From sequence record SRR22947727_1919: DNA of 53,028 nt; one strand, given 5' to 3'. The notes under the pieces were generated by a model. That model made no database searches. It was not told where the DNA came from and was given only the letters and a program-made list of their open reading frames with translations. Position numbers and translations under genes: made by a program. Positions 41,205 to 51,136 of the stretch are shown here, piece after piece. Numbering within the stretch: position 1 is the stretch's first letter; each line of letters begins with the position of its first letter.

Positions 41205-42183
41205 CGAGCGCCAACTCCCTTCTGTCTCCGAAGATGCCTTGAGGCCGGAAGACCATCAAGGCGATCAGTCCCGAGCCCATGAGAACGAAGCGAATATTGC
41301 CGACGTCGGTTGGCTGCAGGAAGTCGATCCAGCCTGCCTGGATGGCCTGTCCGAGGAACTCGCCGGTGCCGGCCAGGATCATCCAGAACAAGATGGCGCC
41401 GACGATGGGGCCGAACACCCGCGCCGCCCCACCGAGCAGCAGAATCGTGTAAGCGAAGAAGGTGAACTCCGGTCGGAATGTGTCCGGCTGCACCGACTGT
41501 TTGGCGACGGCCCAGACGATGCCGCCGAAGGCTCCGATCACGCCTCCGAGCATCAGAGCCTGCAGTTTGTAGGCGAACACGTTCTTGCCAAGAGAGACCA
41601 CGGCGGCTTCGTCCTCGCGGATGCCACGGACGATCCGGCCCCACGGCGAACGCACTAGGAGCCACACCAGGAGCGTGAACAAGGCCACCAGGATCCAGCC
41701 GACGATGACCACCCACAGGTCCTGCCGCGTCCAACTCAACACAGGCAAACTCTGGAAATCAGCCGGCAGGGGGTTGGTGTCGTGGAAGTCCTGGCCAAGC
41801 TTTCCGTTGAGGCCCTGCGCGCCCCCAAGAACATCCTTGAAGGCGATCGAGCGCACGGTGAGACGGACCAACTCACTGAAGGCGATGGTCACGATGGCGA
41901 GGTAATCGGCCCTTAAGCGTAGGGTCGGAATACCCAGAATCAGCGCGATCACGAGGGCGACGATCACGCCCACCACGATGGCCAGCCACAGGCTTAGGTC
42001 GAAGGTAAGAACGATTACGCCAACCGCATACGAGCCCGCGGCGACGAACGCCACCTGACCGAAGTTCAGCAGCCCGGTGTACCCGAACTGGACGTTGAGG
42101 CCGATTGCTGCGAGGCAGTAGATGATGGCCTGAATACCGATGGCCTGCGTGAGGGTCTGGGTGAGGACAAAACTCCAATCCAT
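41194..42183 (-). CDS. livM: Branched-chain amino acid ABC permease
   Basis: GLNVQFGYTGLLNFGQ, LRLRADYLAIVTIAF, SPWGR..IREDE, RPQGIFG. Confidence 0.93.
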   Translation of the reverse strand: MDWSFVLTQTLTQAIGIQAIIYCLAAIGLNVQFGYTGLLNFGQVAFVAAGSYAVGVIVLTFDLSLWLAIVVGVIVALVIALILGIPTLRLRADYLAIVTIAFSELVRLTVRSIAFKDVLGGAQGLNGKLGQDFHDTNPLPADFQSLPVLSWTRQDLWVVIVGWILVALFTLLVWLLVRSPWGRIVRGIREDEAAVVSLGKNVFAYKLQALMLGGVIGAFGGIVWAVAKQSVQPDTFRPEFTFFAYTILLLGGAARVFGPIVGAILFWMILAGTGEFLGQAIQAGWIDFLQPTDVGNIRFVLMGSGLIALMVFRPQGIFGDRRELALDAK

Positions 42184-42184
42184 G

Positions 42185-43480
42185 TCAGCCCACTCTCTCG
42201 CGTCTGCCGAGGATGCCCTGCGGGCGAATCATCAGGATCACGATCATGACGAACAGGGCGCCGACGGTCTTCATCTCTGTGGGAATCACCAGACTGGTGA
42301 GCTGGATGAAAACCCCGACGACGAGGGCACCGATGATGGCGCCGTAGACGGTGCCTAGACCGCCGAGGATGACCGACGCAAAGATGATCAGGAGGACTCG
42401 CTGCCCCATGTTCCAGATGTTGTCCTGGGTCAAGCCGAGGTAGATGCCGCTGAAGGCGGCCAGCCCAGCGGCGAGTGTCCACACGACCGCGATCACTTTC
42501 TCCACGTCGATGCCCGTTGCCGATGCCAGGGCGGGGTTGTCCGAGACCGCGCGGGTGGCCTTACCGATCCGTGAGCGTTGCACCCAGATGACCGTGAGGA
42601 TCAGCGCGATGGTCGCGAGCCCCGCGAGGATGAGTGCCTTGGGGGTAGTGCTGACCGGGCCGATCTCGATGCCCGCTTGGCCGGCGTACTGGTTGAAGTT
42701 TCGCGGCGCGCCACCGAAGAACAGGGCTACGCCATATCGGATCACGATGGCCAGACCGATGGTGATAATCATCATGGCGATCAGTCCGGTCTTGCGACGG
42801 CGCAGGGGACGCCACAGGACTTTGTTCTGGCCCCAGCCGAAGAGCACCGCCGCGATGACGATGGCGATCGGGGCGGCGATGATGATGTGCAGACCCGCCT
42901 CGTTCAGGATCAGTGCCGTAAATGCACCGAGGGTCAGCAGGTCGCCATGGGAGAAGTTGGTGAGGCCCGTGGTGCCGAAAACGAGGTTCAGTCCGAGCGC
43001 CCCGAGAGCAATCATGATGCCGAATAAGACGCCGTCGAAAAGCAGTTGCAGGACTTGATCACCGGAGACGTCCAGGAAGCCACCGTCGTTCCCGCCACCG
43101 CCTTCACCCTCGACGAGTTTGGTGATGATCTTCTTTTCCCCACCGAGGACCAGGAGGGATCGGCTTGCATCCTCAGGAGTCTCCAGTGCAATGCCGTCAG
43201 GCAGCGTCGTCACGTCGATTTCGATGGCGTAGGTGCCGCCTCCTGGTAGCGGAATCGCAAAGTCGCCGTTCGCGTCGGATGTTGCCGTATCGCTGAACCC
43301 GGCATCGTCGCTCACCGTGATGGATACGTCCGGGATGCTCGACCCGTCCGGGGCGGTGAAGTTCCCGACGAGCGTGGTATCCACGGCGTGGGCCGCTGAC
43401 GCGCCGAGAATGGTCACGCCCAGGAGGGACAGAACCGCCAGCACCAGCGCCGAGACTGCGGCGCGGACTGCGATCAGCAC
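42185..43480 (-). CDS. livH: Branched-chain amino acid ABC permease with N-terminal extracytoplasmic extension
   Basis: GLNLVFGTTGLTNFSHGD, GKATRAVSDNPALASATGI, ILGGLG, RPQGILG. About 140 extra N-terminal residues. GGAGG SD before GTG. Confidence 0.92.
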   Translation of the reverse strand: MLIAVRAAVSALVLAVLSLLGVTILGASAAHAVDTTLVGNFTAPDGSSIPDVSITVSDDAGFSDTATSDANGDFAIPLPGGGTYAIEIDVTTLPDGIALETPEDASRSLLVLGGEKKIITKLVEGEGGGGNDGGFLDVSGDQVLQLLFDGVLFGIMIALGALGLNLVFGTTGLTNFSHGDLLTLGAFTALILNEAGLHIIIAAPIAIVIAAVLFGWGQNKVLWRPLRRRKTGLIAMMIITIGLAIVIRYGVALFFGGAPRNFNQYAGQAGIEIGPVSTTPKALILAGLATIALILTVIWVQRSRIGKATRAVSDNPALASATGIDVEKVIAVVWTLAAGLAAFSGIYLGLTQDNIWNMGQRVLLIIFASVILGGLGTVYGAIIGALVVGVFIQLTSLVIPTEMKTVGALFVMIVILMIRPQGILGRRERVG

Positions 43481-43597
43481 GAAGCCAACCTCCCGAGGTC
43501 GCCTGACGGCGTTGCTCGCCGATCAGAGAATCCGCGCCACACTAGCGGCCCAACCGGCGATTTGGGACCCGGTCGCCCCAATTGCCACATTTCGTTA

Positions 43598-44023
43598 CTA
43601 CTTCGCTACCGGCCGTACGAGGCAGGTCAAGCGAGCGGTGCAGACAGGCCGGTCGGCATCGTCGACGATCCGGATTTCCGTGCAAATGACGGTGCGCCCG
43701 GCCGAGAGGACCAGGGACTCACCGCGCACGTGACCGGACGTCACTGATCGGTGGTGGGTGCAATTCAGGTCGATCCCGACCACCACGCTTTCGGGTGCGA
43801 CGAGCAGGGTGCCGTGGATGGAGCCGAGTGACTCGGCGAGCACGGCACTGGCCCCTCCATGAAGGAGCCCAAAGGGTTGGGTGTTGCCTTCGACGGGCAT
43901 TGTCGCGACAACGCGCTCGCGATCCGCCGAGATGAACTCAATGCCCAACTTCTCGCCGAGTGCCCCCACGCCCCATTGAGTCAATGTGTCGAGAACATCA
44001 TCGTGCACCGCGTCATCTCCCAT
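43598..44023 (-). CDS. PaaI/hotdog-fold thioesterase
   Basis: MPVEGNTQPFGLLHGGASAVLAESLGS. -10 TACGCT 6 nt before ATG (leaderless). Confidence 0.93.
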   Translation of the reverse strand: MGDDAVHDDVLDTLTQWGVGALGEKLGIEFISADRERVVATMPVEGNTQPFGLLHGGASAVLAESLGSIHGTLLVAPESVVVGIDLNCTHHRSVTSGHVRGESLVLSAGRTVICTEIRIVDDADRPVCTARLTCLVRPVAK

Positions 44024-44078
44024 ACCGACAGCGTAGGTCCCGCGGCGCCATCGCGTAGTTGCAACAGGGATGGGCGAA

Positions 44079-44104
44079 CGTCCGGAGTAAGCGTCCGGAG
44101 CAAG
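44079..44104. repeat. 13-bp tandem repeat CGTCCGGAG(T/C)AAG x2 in the thioesterase-polA divergent promoter
   Basis: Copies at 44079-44091 and 44092-44104. Confidence 0.8.
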
Positions 44105-44130
44105 CCGTCAGAAAAGCCTAGGATCGGAGT

Positions 44131-46809
44131 ATGGCTGATCCTGAACGCTTATTAGTGCTCGACGGACATTCGTTGGCCTACCGAGCGTTCTACGCCTTGC
44201 CGGTGGAGAACTTCAGTACGAGCACAGGTCAACCGACTAACGCCGTGTACGGGTTCACGTCCATGTTGGTCAATCTGCTGCGTGATGAGAAGCCGAGTCA
44301 CGTCGCGGTGGCCTTCGACGTCTCACGCCGCAGTTTTCGAACCGAGAAGTTCCCGGACTACAAAGCCACGCGGTCGGCGTCACCGGAAGGATTCAAGGGC
44401 CAGATCGAACTGATCAAAGAGGTGGTGCGCGCTTTCGGGGTGAATTGGCTCGAATTAGAGGGGTTCGAGGCCGACGACATCATCGCCACGCTGGCTACCC
44501 AGGCAGCCGCCCGCGGCCTGACCGTCGGCATCGTGAGCGGTGACCGTGACACCTTCCAGTTGGTCGACGAACGGACCACTGTGCTCTACCCACGCAAGGG
44601 AGTATCAGATCTCGCTCGGATGACACCCGAAGCCATCGTCGAGAAGTACGGATTGAATCCCGGGCAGTACGCCGACTTCGCGGCCCTACGCGGCGACCCG
44701 AGCGACAATCTTCCCGGCATTCCCGGCGTAGGGGAGAAGACCGCAGTCAAGTGGCTGAACGCCTACAGCGACCTTGCGGGGTTGATCGATCATGTGGACG
44801 AGGTGAGCGGGAAGGTTGGTGACGCTTTGCGCGGTGCCGTGCCGCAGGTGCTCGTCAACCGTGAACTCACTGAGTTGGTCCGAGACGTACCCGTGGCGGT
44901 TGATCTCGACTCCCTGCAATGGCGCGAGTGGTCCAGGACTTCTGTCGGCGAGTTGTTCGACAGTTTGCAGTTCGCGGCGTTGCGGTCACGGGTCGAGTCC
45001 CTTCCACACGGCACGGGGGGTGACGATTCGTACGACAACCGTGGCCATGACGAGCCACCCGCCACGGACATTGAGATACGCGAGGCGGGCGCCGTGCCGC
45101 AGGTGCTGGCGGGCGTCACCGTTGGTGCCATGGCGTTTCGTGGAACCTGGGCAGCGGGGCGCGGCGTGATCGACGCGGTTGCCGTCTGCGACGGCACGTC
45201 GGTGGTCGTGATGCCCCTCGGCGGTGACGAGGATCGGGACGCGCTCCACGCGTGGCTGATGGATTCGTCCGTCGACAAGCGCATTCACGATGTGAAAGGG
45301 CCCGACCTTGCCCTGCTGACACACACCGGCGGTGACGCGGTGATCGAGGGGGTATCGGTGGATACGGCGCTGGCGGCCTACCTCGACAGCCCCGGGGCTC
45401 GTTCCTACGCGCTCGAGGACGTCGCGACACGGCTTCTCGGTCGCACGTTGGACGACCAACACGATTCCGGGCAGTTGGCCTTTGATGGCGGAGGTGAGGA
45501 GGAACTCCACGGACTCGGGACCCAAGCTCGGGCAGTACATGACATCGCGGAGGTCGTTCAGGAACGCTTGAAAGACGAGAACATCTACTCGCTGCTCGCT
45601 GAGATGGAGATTCCTCTGGCTGGGCTCTTGGCGCGCATGGAGTACGCAGGCATCGCTGTGGATCGCGCCGGATTGCAAGGCCTGTCCGAGGAGTTTGGCG
45701 CCACCATGCGGGAGGCGGAGAACGCGGCCCACCAAATCGTTGGCCGCACCTTCAATCTGGGATCACCTAAGCAGTTGCAGGAGGTCTTATTCGTCGATCG
45801 TGGGTTGCCGAAGACCAAGAAGATTAAGACGGGGTACACCACCGACGCCGAGGCACTGCAGAACCTGTTCGCCACAACCCAGGACCCTGTCCTGGAGCAG
45901 TTGCTGGCGTGGCGGGATGTGTCGAAGTTGCGCCAGACGGTGGAGGGGCTGCTGCCCTTGGTCGATGATCACGGACGAACCCACACCACGTTCCGCCAGA
46001 CGGCCGCAGCCACCGGTCGGCTTTCGTCGTCCGACCCCAATCTGCAGAACATCCCCATCCGAACAGAAGCCGGACGCAGAATCCGCGGTTGCTTCATCGT
46101 GGGTGACGGGTTCGAGTCATTGATGACGGCGGACTACAGCCAGATCGAGATGCGCATCATGGCGGACGCGTCGGGCGATGACGGTCTGATCGAGGCGTTC
46201 CTAGACGGCGAAGATCTCCATAATTTCGTCGCGGCCAGAGTGTTCGGGGTTGATGAATCCGACGTCGATCCTGAGATGCGGCGCCGCATCAAGGCGATGA
46301 GTTACGGCCTGGCCTACGGACTGTCCGCATTCGGGCTAGCGCAGCAATTGCGGATATCGCCGAACGAGGCGCAGGATCTGATGGACGAGTACTTCACTCG
46401 ATTCGGTGGCGTGCGCGATTACCTCGCCGGGGTCGTGGCCGAGGCTCGCAAACGCGGCTACACCGAGACGATGTTCGGGCGCCGGCGGTACCTGCCAGAT
46501 CTCAATCATGACAATCGTCAACGTCGGGAAATGGCAGAGCGGATGGCTCTCAATGCCCCCATACAGGGGACCGCTGCGGACATCGTCAAGGTGGCGATGC
46601 TGAACGTTGACCGGGCCTTGACCGAGCGCAGCCTCGGCTCCCGCATGTTGCTGCAGGTGCACGACGAACTGGTCATTGAGGTGGCTCCGGGCGAAGCGCA
46701 GGAGGTCGAGGAACTCGTCCGCTCGCAGATGGGCGCGGCCGCGCAGTTGCGGGTACCACTGGATGTGTCGGTGGGGCGGGGATCGAACTGGCAGGCCGCG
46801 GGCCATTAG
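44131..46809 (+). CDS. polA: DNA polymerase I
   Basis: LDGHSLAYRAF, EADDIIAT, GDPSDNLPG, TGRLSSSDPNLQNIP, ADYSQIEMR, LQVHDEL. -10 TAGGAT 6 nt before ATG. Confidence 0.98.
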   Translation: MADPERLLVLDGHSLAYRAFYALPVENFSTSTGQPTNAVYGFTSMLVNLLRDEKPSHVAVAFDVSRRSFRTEKFPDYKATRSASPEGFKGQIELIKEVVRAFGVNWLELEGFEADDIIATLATQAAARGLTVGIVSGDRDTFQLVDERTTVLYPRKGVSDLARMTPEAIVEKYGLNPGQYADFAALRGDPSDNLPGIPGVGEKTAVKWLNAYSDLAGLIDHVDEVSGKVGDALRGAVPQVLVNRELTELVRDVPVAVDLDSLQWREWSRTSVGELFDSLQFAALRSRVESLPHGTGGDDSYDNRGHDEPPATDIEIREAGAVPQVLAGVTVGAMAFRGTWAAGRGVIDAVAVCDGTSVVVMPLGGDEDRDALHAWLMDSSVDKRIHDVKGPDLALLTHTGGDAVIEGVSVDTALAAYLDSPGARSYALEDVATRLLGRTLDDQHDSGQLAFDGGGEEELHGLGTQARAVHDIAEVVQERLKDENIYSLLAEMEIPLAGLLARMEYAGIAVDRAGLQGLSEEFGATMREAENAAHQIVGRTFNLGSPKQLQEVLFVDRGLPKTKKIKTGYTTDAEALQNLFATTQDPVLEQLLAWRDVSKLRQTVEGLLPLVDDHGRTHTTFRQTAAATGRLSSSDPNLQNIPIRTEAGRRIRGCFIVGDGFESLMTADYSQIEMRIMADASGDDGLIEAFLDGEDLHNFVAARVFGVDESDVDPEMRRRIKAMSYGLAYGLSAFGLAQQLRISPNEAQDLMDEYFTRFGGVRDYLAGVVAEARKRGYTETMFGRRRYLPDLNHDNRQRREMAERMALNAPIQGTAADIVKVAMLNVDRALTERSLGSRMLLQVHDELVIEVAPGEAQEVEELVRSQMGAAAQLRVPLDVSVGRGSNWQAAGH

Positions 46810-46812
46810 AGC

Positions 46813-46856
46813 CCGGCCAAGGGCCGGATGGGGGCCCGCCACCGCGTGGGTGGCGG
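46813..46856 (+). terminator. Tandem GC-rich hairpins after polA (possible U-less terminator)
   Basis: CCGGCC-AAG-GGCCGG (46813-46827) and CCGCCACC-GCGTG-GGTGGCGG (46836-46856). Confidence 0.5.
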
Positions 46857-46959
46857 ATACGTGCGGCTGCGGGGGCTGTCGAGCACCCCTGACCCCCTGC
46901 CGTAGCCTTGGGGGGCCCAGCGACCGCTGGATCCTTCGATGTAACGGATCTCCCCTTCT

Positions 46960-48420
46960 ATGAATGCTCCTACGACCTCCACGTCCACTCCTATTCAAGT
47001 AGCCGTGAATGACATCGGCTCCGCAGACGATTTTCTGGCCGCGATCGACGCGACCATCAAATACTTCGACGACGGTGACATCGTCGAAGGCACCATCGTC
47101 AAGGTCGACCGAGACGAAGTACTTCTCGATATCGGCTACAAGACCGAGGGTGTGATCCCCTCCCGTGAGCTCTCCATCAAGCACGACGTCGATCCGAACG
47201 AGGTCGTCGGGGTGGGGGACTCGGTGGAGGCTCTCGTCCTGCAAAAGGAGGACAAAGAAGGCCGGCTGATCCTGTCCAAGAAAAGGGCGCAGTACGAGCG
47301 CGCCTGGGGCACGATCGAGAAGGTCAAGGAAGAAGACGGCGTCGTCGAAGGCCAGGTCATCGAGGTGGTCAAGGGTGGACTCATCCTCGATATCGGGCTG
47401 CGCGGATTCCTCCCCGCTTCCCTCGTCGAGATGCGCCGAGTGAGGGATTTGCTGCCGTACGTCGGCAAGACCCTCGAAGCCAAGATCATCGAGTTGGACA
47501 AAAACCGGAACAACGTGGTGCTGTCCCGGCGGGCGTGGCTCGAGCAGACGCAGTCGGAGGTTCGACAGACCTTCCTGACGCAACTGCAAAAGGGACAGAT
47601 CCGGTCCGGCGTGGTGTCGAGCATCGTGAACTTCGGAGCCTTCGTCGACCTTGGCGGCGTCGATGGTCTTGTCCACGTCTCAGAGTTGTCGTGGAAGCAC
47701 ATCGATCATCCGTCCGAGGTAGTCGAGGTAGGCACCGAGGTGACCGTTGAGGTTCTCGACGTCGATATGGATCGAGAGCGGGTCTCGCTGTCGCTCAAGG
47801 CGACCCAAGAGGACCCGTGGCAGCACTTCGCGCGGACCCATCAGTTGAACCAGGTGGTGCCCGGCAAGGTGACGAAGCTGGTTCCCTTCGGCGCATTTAT
47901 TCGCGTCGACGAGGGAATCGAGGGTCTGGTGCACATCTCCGAACTCGCCGAGCGGCACATCGAACTGCCCGAGCAAATTGTTCAGGTGGGGGACGAGCTC
48001 TTCGTCAAGGTCATTGATATTGACCTCGAGCGTCGACGGATTTCGCTGTCCTTGAAGCAGGCGAACGATTCGGCAGACACCCAGGCCTCAGAAGAGTTTG
48101 ACCCGTATCTGTACGGCATGGCTCCGGCGTTCGACGAGGCCGGGAAGTACATCGGGCCCGAGGGCTTCGATCCAGAGACCGGTGAATGGAAGACCGATTT
48201 CGAGGAGCAGCGGGCGGCTTGGGAGCAGGAGTACGCCGACGCGCATGCACGATGGGAAGCGCATCGCAAGCAGATGAGCGAAGCCCAAGAGGCCGATCAA
48301 GCCGCCGCCGTGGAAAGTGGGGACGCGACCTCCTACTCGTCCGAGGGTGAGGACACCGACGGCTCGCTTGCGTCCGACGAGGCCCTGCAGGCGCTGCGCG
48401 ACAAGCTCACGAACGACTAG
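46960..48420 (+). CDS. rpsA: 30S ribosomal protein S1
   Basis: QVAVNDIGS, four S1 repeats (LDIGYKTEG, RGFLPAS, DGLVHVSELSW, EGLVHISE), actinobacterial C-tail SLASDEALQALRDKL. Confidence 0.98.
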   Translation: MNAPTTSTSTPIQVAVNDIGSADDFLAAIDATIKYFDDGDIVEGTIVKVDRDEVLLDIGYKTEGVIPSRELSIKHDVDPNEVVGVGDSVEALVLQKEDKEGRLILSKKRAQYERAWGTIEKVKEEDGVVEGQVIEVVKGGLILDIGLRGFLPASLVEMRRVRDLLPYVGKTLEAKIIELDKNRNNVVLSRRAWLEQTQSEVRQTFLTQLQKGQIRSGVVSSIVNFGAFVDLGGVDGLVHVSELSWKHIDHPSEVVEVGTEVTVEVLDVDMDRERVSLSLKATQEDPWQHFARTHQLNQVVPGKVTKLVPFGAFIRVDEGIEGLVHISELAERHIELPEQIVQVGDELFVKVIDIDLERRRISLSLKQANDSADTQASEEFDPYLYGMAPAFDEAGKYIGPEGFDPETGEWKTDFEEQRAAWEQEYADAHARWEAHRKQMSEAQEADQAAAVESGDATSYSSEGEDTDGSLASDEALQALRDKLTND

Positions 48421-48435
48421 CGAGAAACCGGCCAG

Positions 48436-49029
48436 GTGCGTGTCGGTCTCACCGGCGGAATCGGCTCCGGGAAATCCACGGTGGTCGACGTGCTCGCCGA
48501 CATGGGCGCCGCGGTCGTCGATGCGGACGAGATTGCTCGCCGCGTGGTCGCACCCGGTTCTTCAGTGCTCGGGCGTTTAGCGGAGAAGTTCGGTTCGGAC
48601 ATCCTGCTCGAGGATGGTTCGTTGGACAGGGCGCTTCTTGCCCAGCGCGCCTTCGCCGATGAACGGGGAACTCGACGTTTGAACGAGATCACGCACCCGG
48701 CCATTCGTGAGCAGGCCGAACGCGATATCTCTCGCGCGGAGGAAACTTCAGAGATCGTCGTGTATGAAATGCCGCTGCTCGTGGAGAGTGGACAGGTGTC
48801 TGTCGTTGATGTGGTCGTCGTCGTGGACGTGCCCGAGTCGATGCAAATCGACAGAGCTGTGCAGCGAGGTATGGGCGAGGCGGATGTGCGCCAGCGAATG
48901 TTGCGTCAAGTGTCCCGAGAGCAGCGGCTGGAAGCCGCGGACGCCGTGATCGACAACAGCGGCTCATACGAGGCGACGCGCGCACAAGTTGACGCGTTAT
49001 GGGCGGAGTGGGAAGGGCGACCCGCATGA
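48436..49029 (+). CDS. coaE: Dephospho-CoA kinase
   Basis: [36 protein letters not shown]. No C-terminal GrpB fusion. Confidence 0.96.
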   Translation: MRVGLTGGIGSGKSTVVDVLADMGAAVVDADEIARRVVAPGSSVLGRLAEKFGSDILLEDGSLDRALLAQRAFADERGTRRLNEITHPAIREQAERDISRAEETSEIVVYEMPLLVESGQVSVVDVVVVVDVPESMQIDRAVQRGMGEADVRQRMLRQVSREQRLEAADAVIDNSGSYEATRAQVDALWAEWEGRPA

Positions 49030-51089
49030 CCAGGCCCGTGACAGATCTCCAGCGAACGGTCGCGCCGTTCGAGGTTGTCTCGGACTATGTGCCCGCGGGG
49101 GACCAGCCACAGGCCATCAAGGAGATTGCCCGACGCATCGATGGTGGTGACAGCGACGTAGTGCTGCTCGGCGCAACCGGAACAGGTAAGTCGGCAACAA
49201 CAGCATGGCTGGTGGAGCGGTTGCAACGGCCGACATTGGTGATGGCACCCAACAAGACGTTGGCTGCGCAGTTGGCGACAGAGTTCCGAGAGCTACTGCC
49301 CAATAACGCCGTCGAGTACTTCGTGTCGTACTACGACTACTACCAACCTGAGGCGTATGTGCCGCAGACCGATACCTTCATTGAAAAGGACTCCTCCATC
49401 AATGAGGAGGTAGAACGATTGCGCCACTCCGCGACGAATTCATTGTTGACGCGCCGGGATGTGCTCGTTGTCGCATCGGTTTCGGCCATCTACGGATTGG
49501 GCACTCCGCAGGAGTACGTCGATCGGATGGTGCGGCTACGCGTAGGCGAGGAGCGCGAGAGAGATGTTCTTCTGCGAATGCTGGTCGACATCCAGTACAC
49601 CCGTAACGACATCGCCTTCGAGCGGGGGACCTTTCGGGTTCGCGGGGACACTGTTGAGATTTTTCCGATGTATGAAGAACATCCGGTTCGCATCGAGATG
49701 TTCGGAGATGACATCGAGCGATTGATGACGCTGCACCCGGTCACGGGAGAAATCCTGACCGAAGACCAAGAGATGCACATCTTCCCTGCGACCCATTACG
49801 TGGCCGGGCCAGAACGCATGGAGCGCGCCATCGGCGACATCGAGGCGGAGTTGCAGGAGCGACTCGCAGAGCTAGAGGCCCAGGGCAAGCAACTCGAGGC
49901 TCAGCGGCTACGAATGAGGACCAGCTATGACGTCGAGATGATGCGACAGGTGGGCACCTGCTCCGGTATCGAGAACTACTCGCGCCACATCGACGGTCGG
50001 CCGCCCGGCTCCGCACCGCATTGCCTGCTCGACTATTTCCCGGAGGACTTCCTGCTGGTGATCGACGAATCCCACGTCACGGTGCCGCAGATCGGTGCGA
50101 TGTACGAAGGGGACACCGCGCGAAAGCGAACACTCGTTGAGCACGGCTTCCGCCTTCCCTCGGCGCTGGACAACCGGCCTTTGACGTGGGCGGAATTCGT
50201 GGAGCGCATCAAGCAAACGGTGTATCTCTCGGCAACCCCGGGCGCGTACGAACTGGGTCGTGTCGAAGGAGATGTGGTTGAACAGGTAATCCGACCGACA
50301 GGATTGGTTGATCCCGAAATTCTGGTGAAGCCGACCGAGGGGCAGATTGATGACCTGATGCACGAGGTGCGCGTGCGTGCCGACCGGGGCGAGCGCGCCC
50401 TCGTGACCACGCTTACCAAGCGAATGGCCGAAGATCTGACCGATTACCTGGGAGAACACGGCATCCGAGTGCAGTACCTGCATTCAGAAGTCGACACGTT
50501 GCGACGAGTTGAACTCCTGCGTGAACTACGCGCCGGTGTCTTTGATGTGCTTGTCGGCATCAACCTGCTTCGTGAGGGCCTGGACCTGCCCGAGGTCTCG
50601 CTGGTCGCGATCTTGGACGCGGACAAGGAAGGCTTCCTGAGGTCCGAAACGTCACTCATTCAGACCATCGGCCGCGCTGCCCGAAATGTGTCCGGTGAGG
50701 TGCACATGTACGCAGATGCCGTCACACCATCGATGCGCCAGGCGATCGACGAGACGAACCGTCGTCGAGCCAAGCAAGTCAGGTACAACACCGAGCACGG
50801 AATCGATCCGCAGCCCCTTCGAAAGCGGATAGCCGACATCACGGACCTTCTCGTGCGAGAAGAGGCTGACACTGAGGCATTAATCGGCAGTCCATCGGGT
50901 GGGACCCCCATGCCGGCCCGTCGAACCGCGTCCATGGCCGAAAGCGAGTTGGTCTCACTCGTCGAGCAACTCACCGCCCAGATGCATCAGGCCGCAGCAG
51001 ATTTGCAATTCGAACTAGCGGCGCGGCTACGAGACGAAGTGTCTGATTTGAAGACAGAGCTACGCGGGATGCGGGAAGCCACGGGCTAG
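49026..51089 (+). CDS. uvrB: Excinuclease ABC subunit B
   Basis: ATGA overlap. [39 protein letters not shown]-terminal [12 protein letters not shown]. Confidence 0.98.
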   Translation: MTRPVTDLQRTVAPFEVVSDYVPAGDQPQAIKEIARRIDGGDSDVVLLGATGTGKSATTAWLVERLQRPTLVMAPNKTLAAQLATEFRELLPNNAVEYFVSYYDYYQPEAYVPQTDTFIEKDSSINEEVERLRHSATNSLLTRRDVLVVASVSAIYGLGTPQEYVDRMVRLRVGEERERDVLLRMLVDIQYTRNDIAFERGTFRVRGDTVEIFPMYEEHPVRIEMFGDDIERLMTLHPVTGEILTEDQEMHIFPATHYVAGPERMERAIGDIEAELQERLAELEAQGKQLEAQRLRMRTSYDVEMMRQVGTCSGIENYSRHIDGRPPGSAPHCLLDYFPEDFLLVIDESHVTVPQIGAMYEGDTARKRTLVEHGFRLPSALDNRPLTWAEFVERIKQTVYLSATPGAYELGRVEGDVVEQVIRPTGLVDPEILVKPTEGQIDDLMHEVRVRADRGERALVTTLTKRMAEDLTDYLGEHGIRVQYLHSEVDTLRRVELLRELRAGVFDVLVGINLLREGLDLPEVSLVAILDADKEGFLRSETSLIQTIGRAARNVSGEVHMYADAVTPSMRQAIDETNRRRAKQVRYNTEHGIDPQPLRKRIADITDLLVREEADTEALIGSPSGGTPMPARRTASMAESELVSLVEQLTAQMHQAAADLQFELAARLRDEVSDLKTELRGMREATG

Positions 51090-51136
51090 GCTCACGCCAA
51101 CCAAACGCACTCTCTGACGGAAGAAGAGTCTCGAAC

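Noticed and set aside
43594..43609. GTTAC-n6-GCTAC as a third GlnR box upstream of livH
   Set aside because: Degenerate second half-site that overlaps the thioesterase stop codon. Too weak to call without conservation data.
44106..44124. Possible PafBC (RecA-NDp) promoter at polA
   Set aside because: CGTCAG lies 7 nt from the -10 rather than the 10 nt of the TGTCGG-N10-TA consensus.
46336..47676. 446-aa antisense ORF across polA and rpsA
   Set aside because: Mirror frame of two conserved genes, with no independent coding signal.
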